From: Octopus sinensis
Taxonomy: Eukaryota
Direction of reading: 5' to 3'
DNA length: 64,000 nt
Assembly: GCF_006345805.1 (NCBI RefSeq)
Contig: NC_042998.1
Span: 175,646,001 to 175,710,000, forward strand
Each line of letters begins with the position of its first letter. Within the stretch, counting starts at the first letter, position 1. The notes under the pieces were generated by a model. It made no database searches and was not told the DNA's origin. It saw only the letters and a list, made by a program, of their open reading frames with translations. Made by a program: the position numbers and the translations under genes. This document shows, in pieces, positions 63,946 to 64,000 of this stretch.

Positions 63946-64000
63946 TTTAAAAAAAAAAGCATCTTATACGCCGGTTAATACTGTGTGTACGTGCGCGCGT

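Overview
AT-rich, repeat-dense eukaryotic DNA. The SINE/LINE/microsatellite repertoire looks like an octopus (cephalopod) genome, which is my inference. Host genes I can support: (1) an intronless-CDS cysteamine dioxygenase (ADO) at 36298-37056 (+); (2) a hand-assembled five-exon minus-strand gene (17730 down to 4633) encoding a 65-aa charged helical protein I cannot name. A CpG-rich promoter-like patch at ~20.0-20.3 kb lies between them. 21.9-35.1 kb is a transposon nest anchored in (TA)n tracts: a mariner, RTE and CR1/L2 LINE pieces, two different Penelope-like elements (PLEs) and an L1/Tx1 LINE. The most striking signal is a recurring PLE architecture of head-to-head fold-back duplications carrying hammerhead-ribozyme motifs. 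It includes an apparently perfect 1,681-bp-arm inverted repeat (25830-29783) and a spacer-less ~323-bp palindrome with two intact mirror-image hammerheads (41393-41715), plus further hammerhead variants at ~2.1, 10.2, 29.9 and 32.8 kb. Also present: Helitron derivatives (one next to a 166-bp satellite with dimeric higher-order structure), MITEs (one with an 8-bp TSD and telomeric repeats inside), many tRNA-derived SINEs and long microsatellites. Most ORFs in the supplied track are microsatellite or repeat artefacts.
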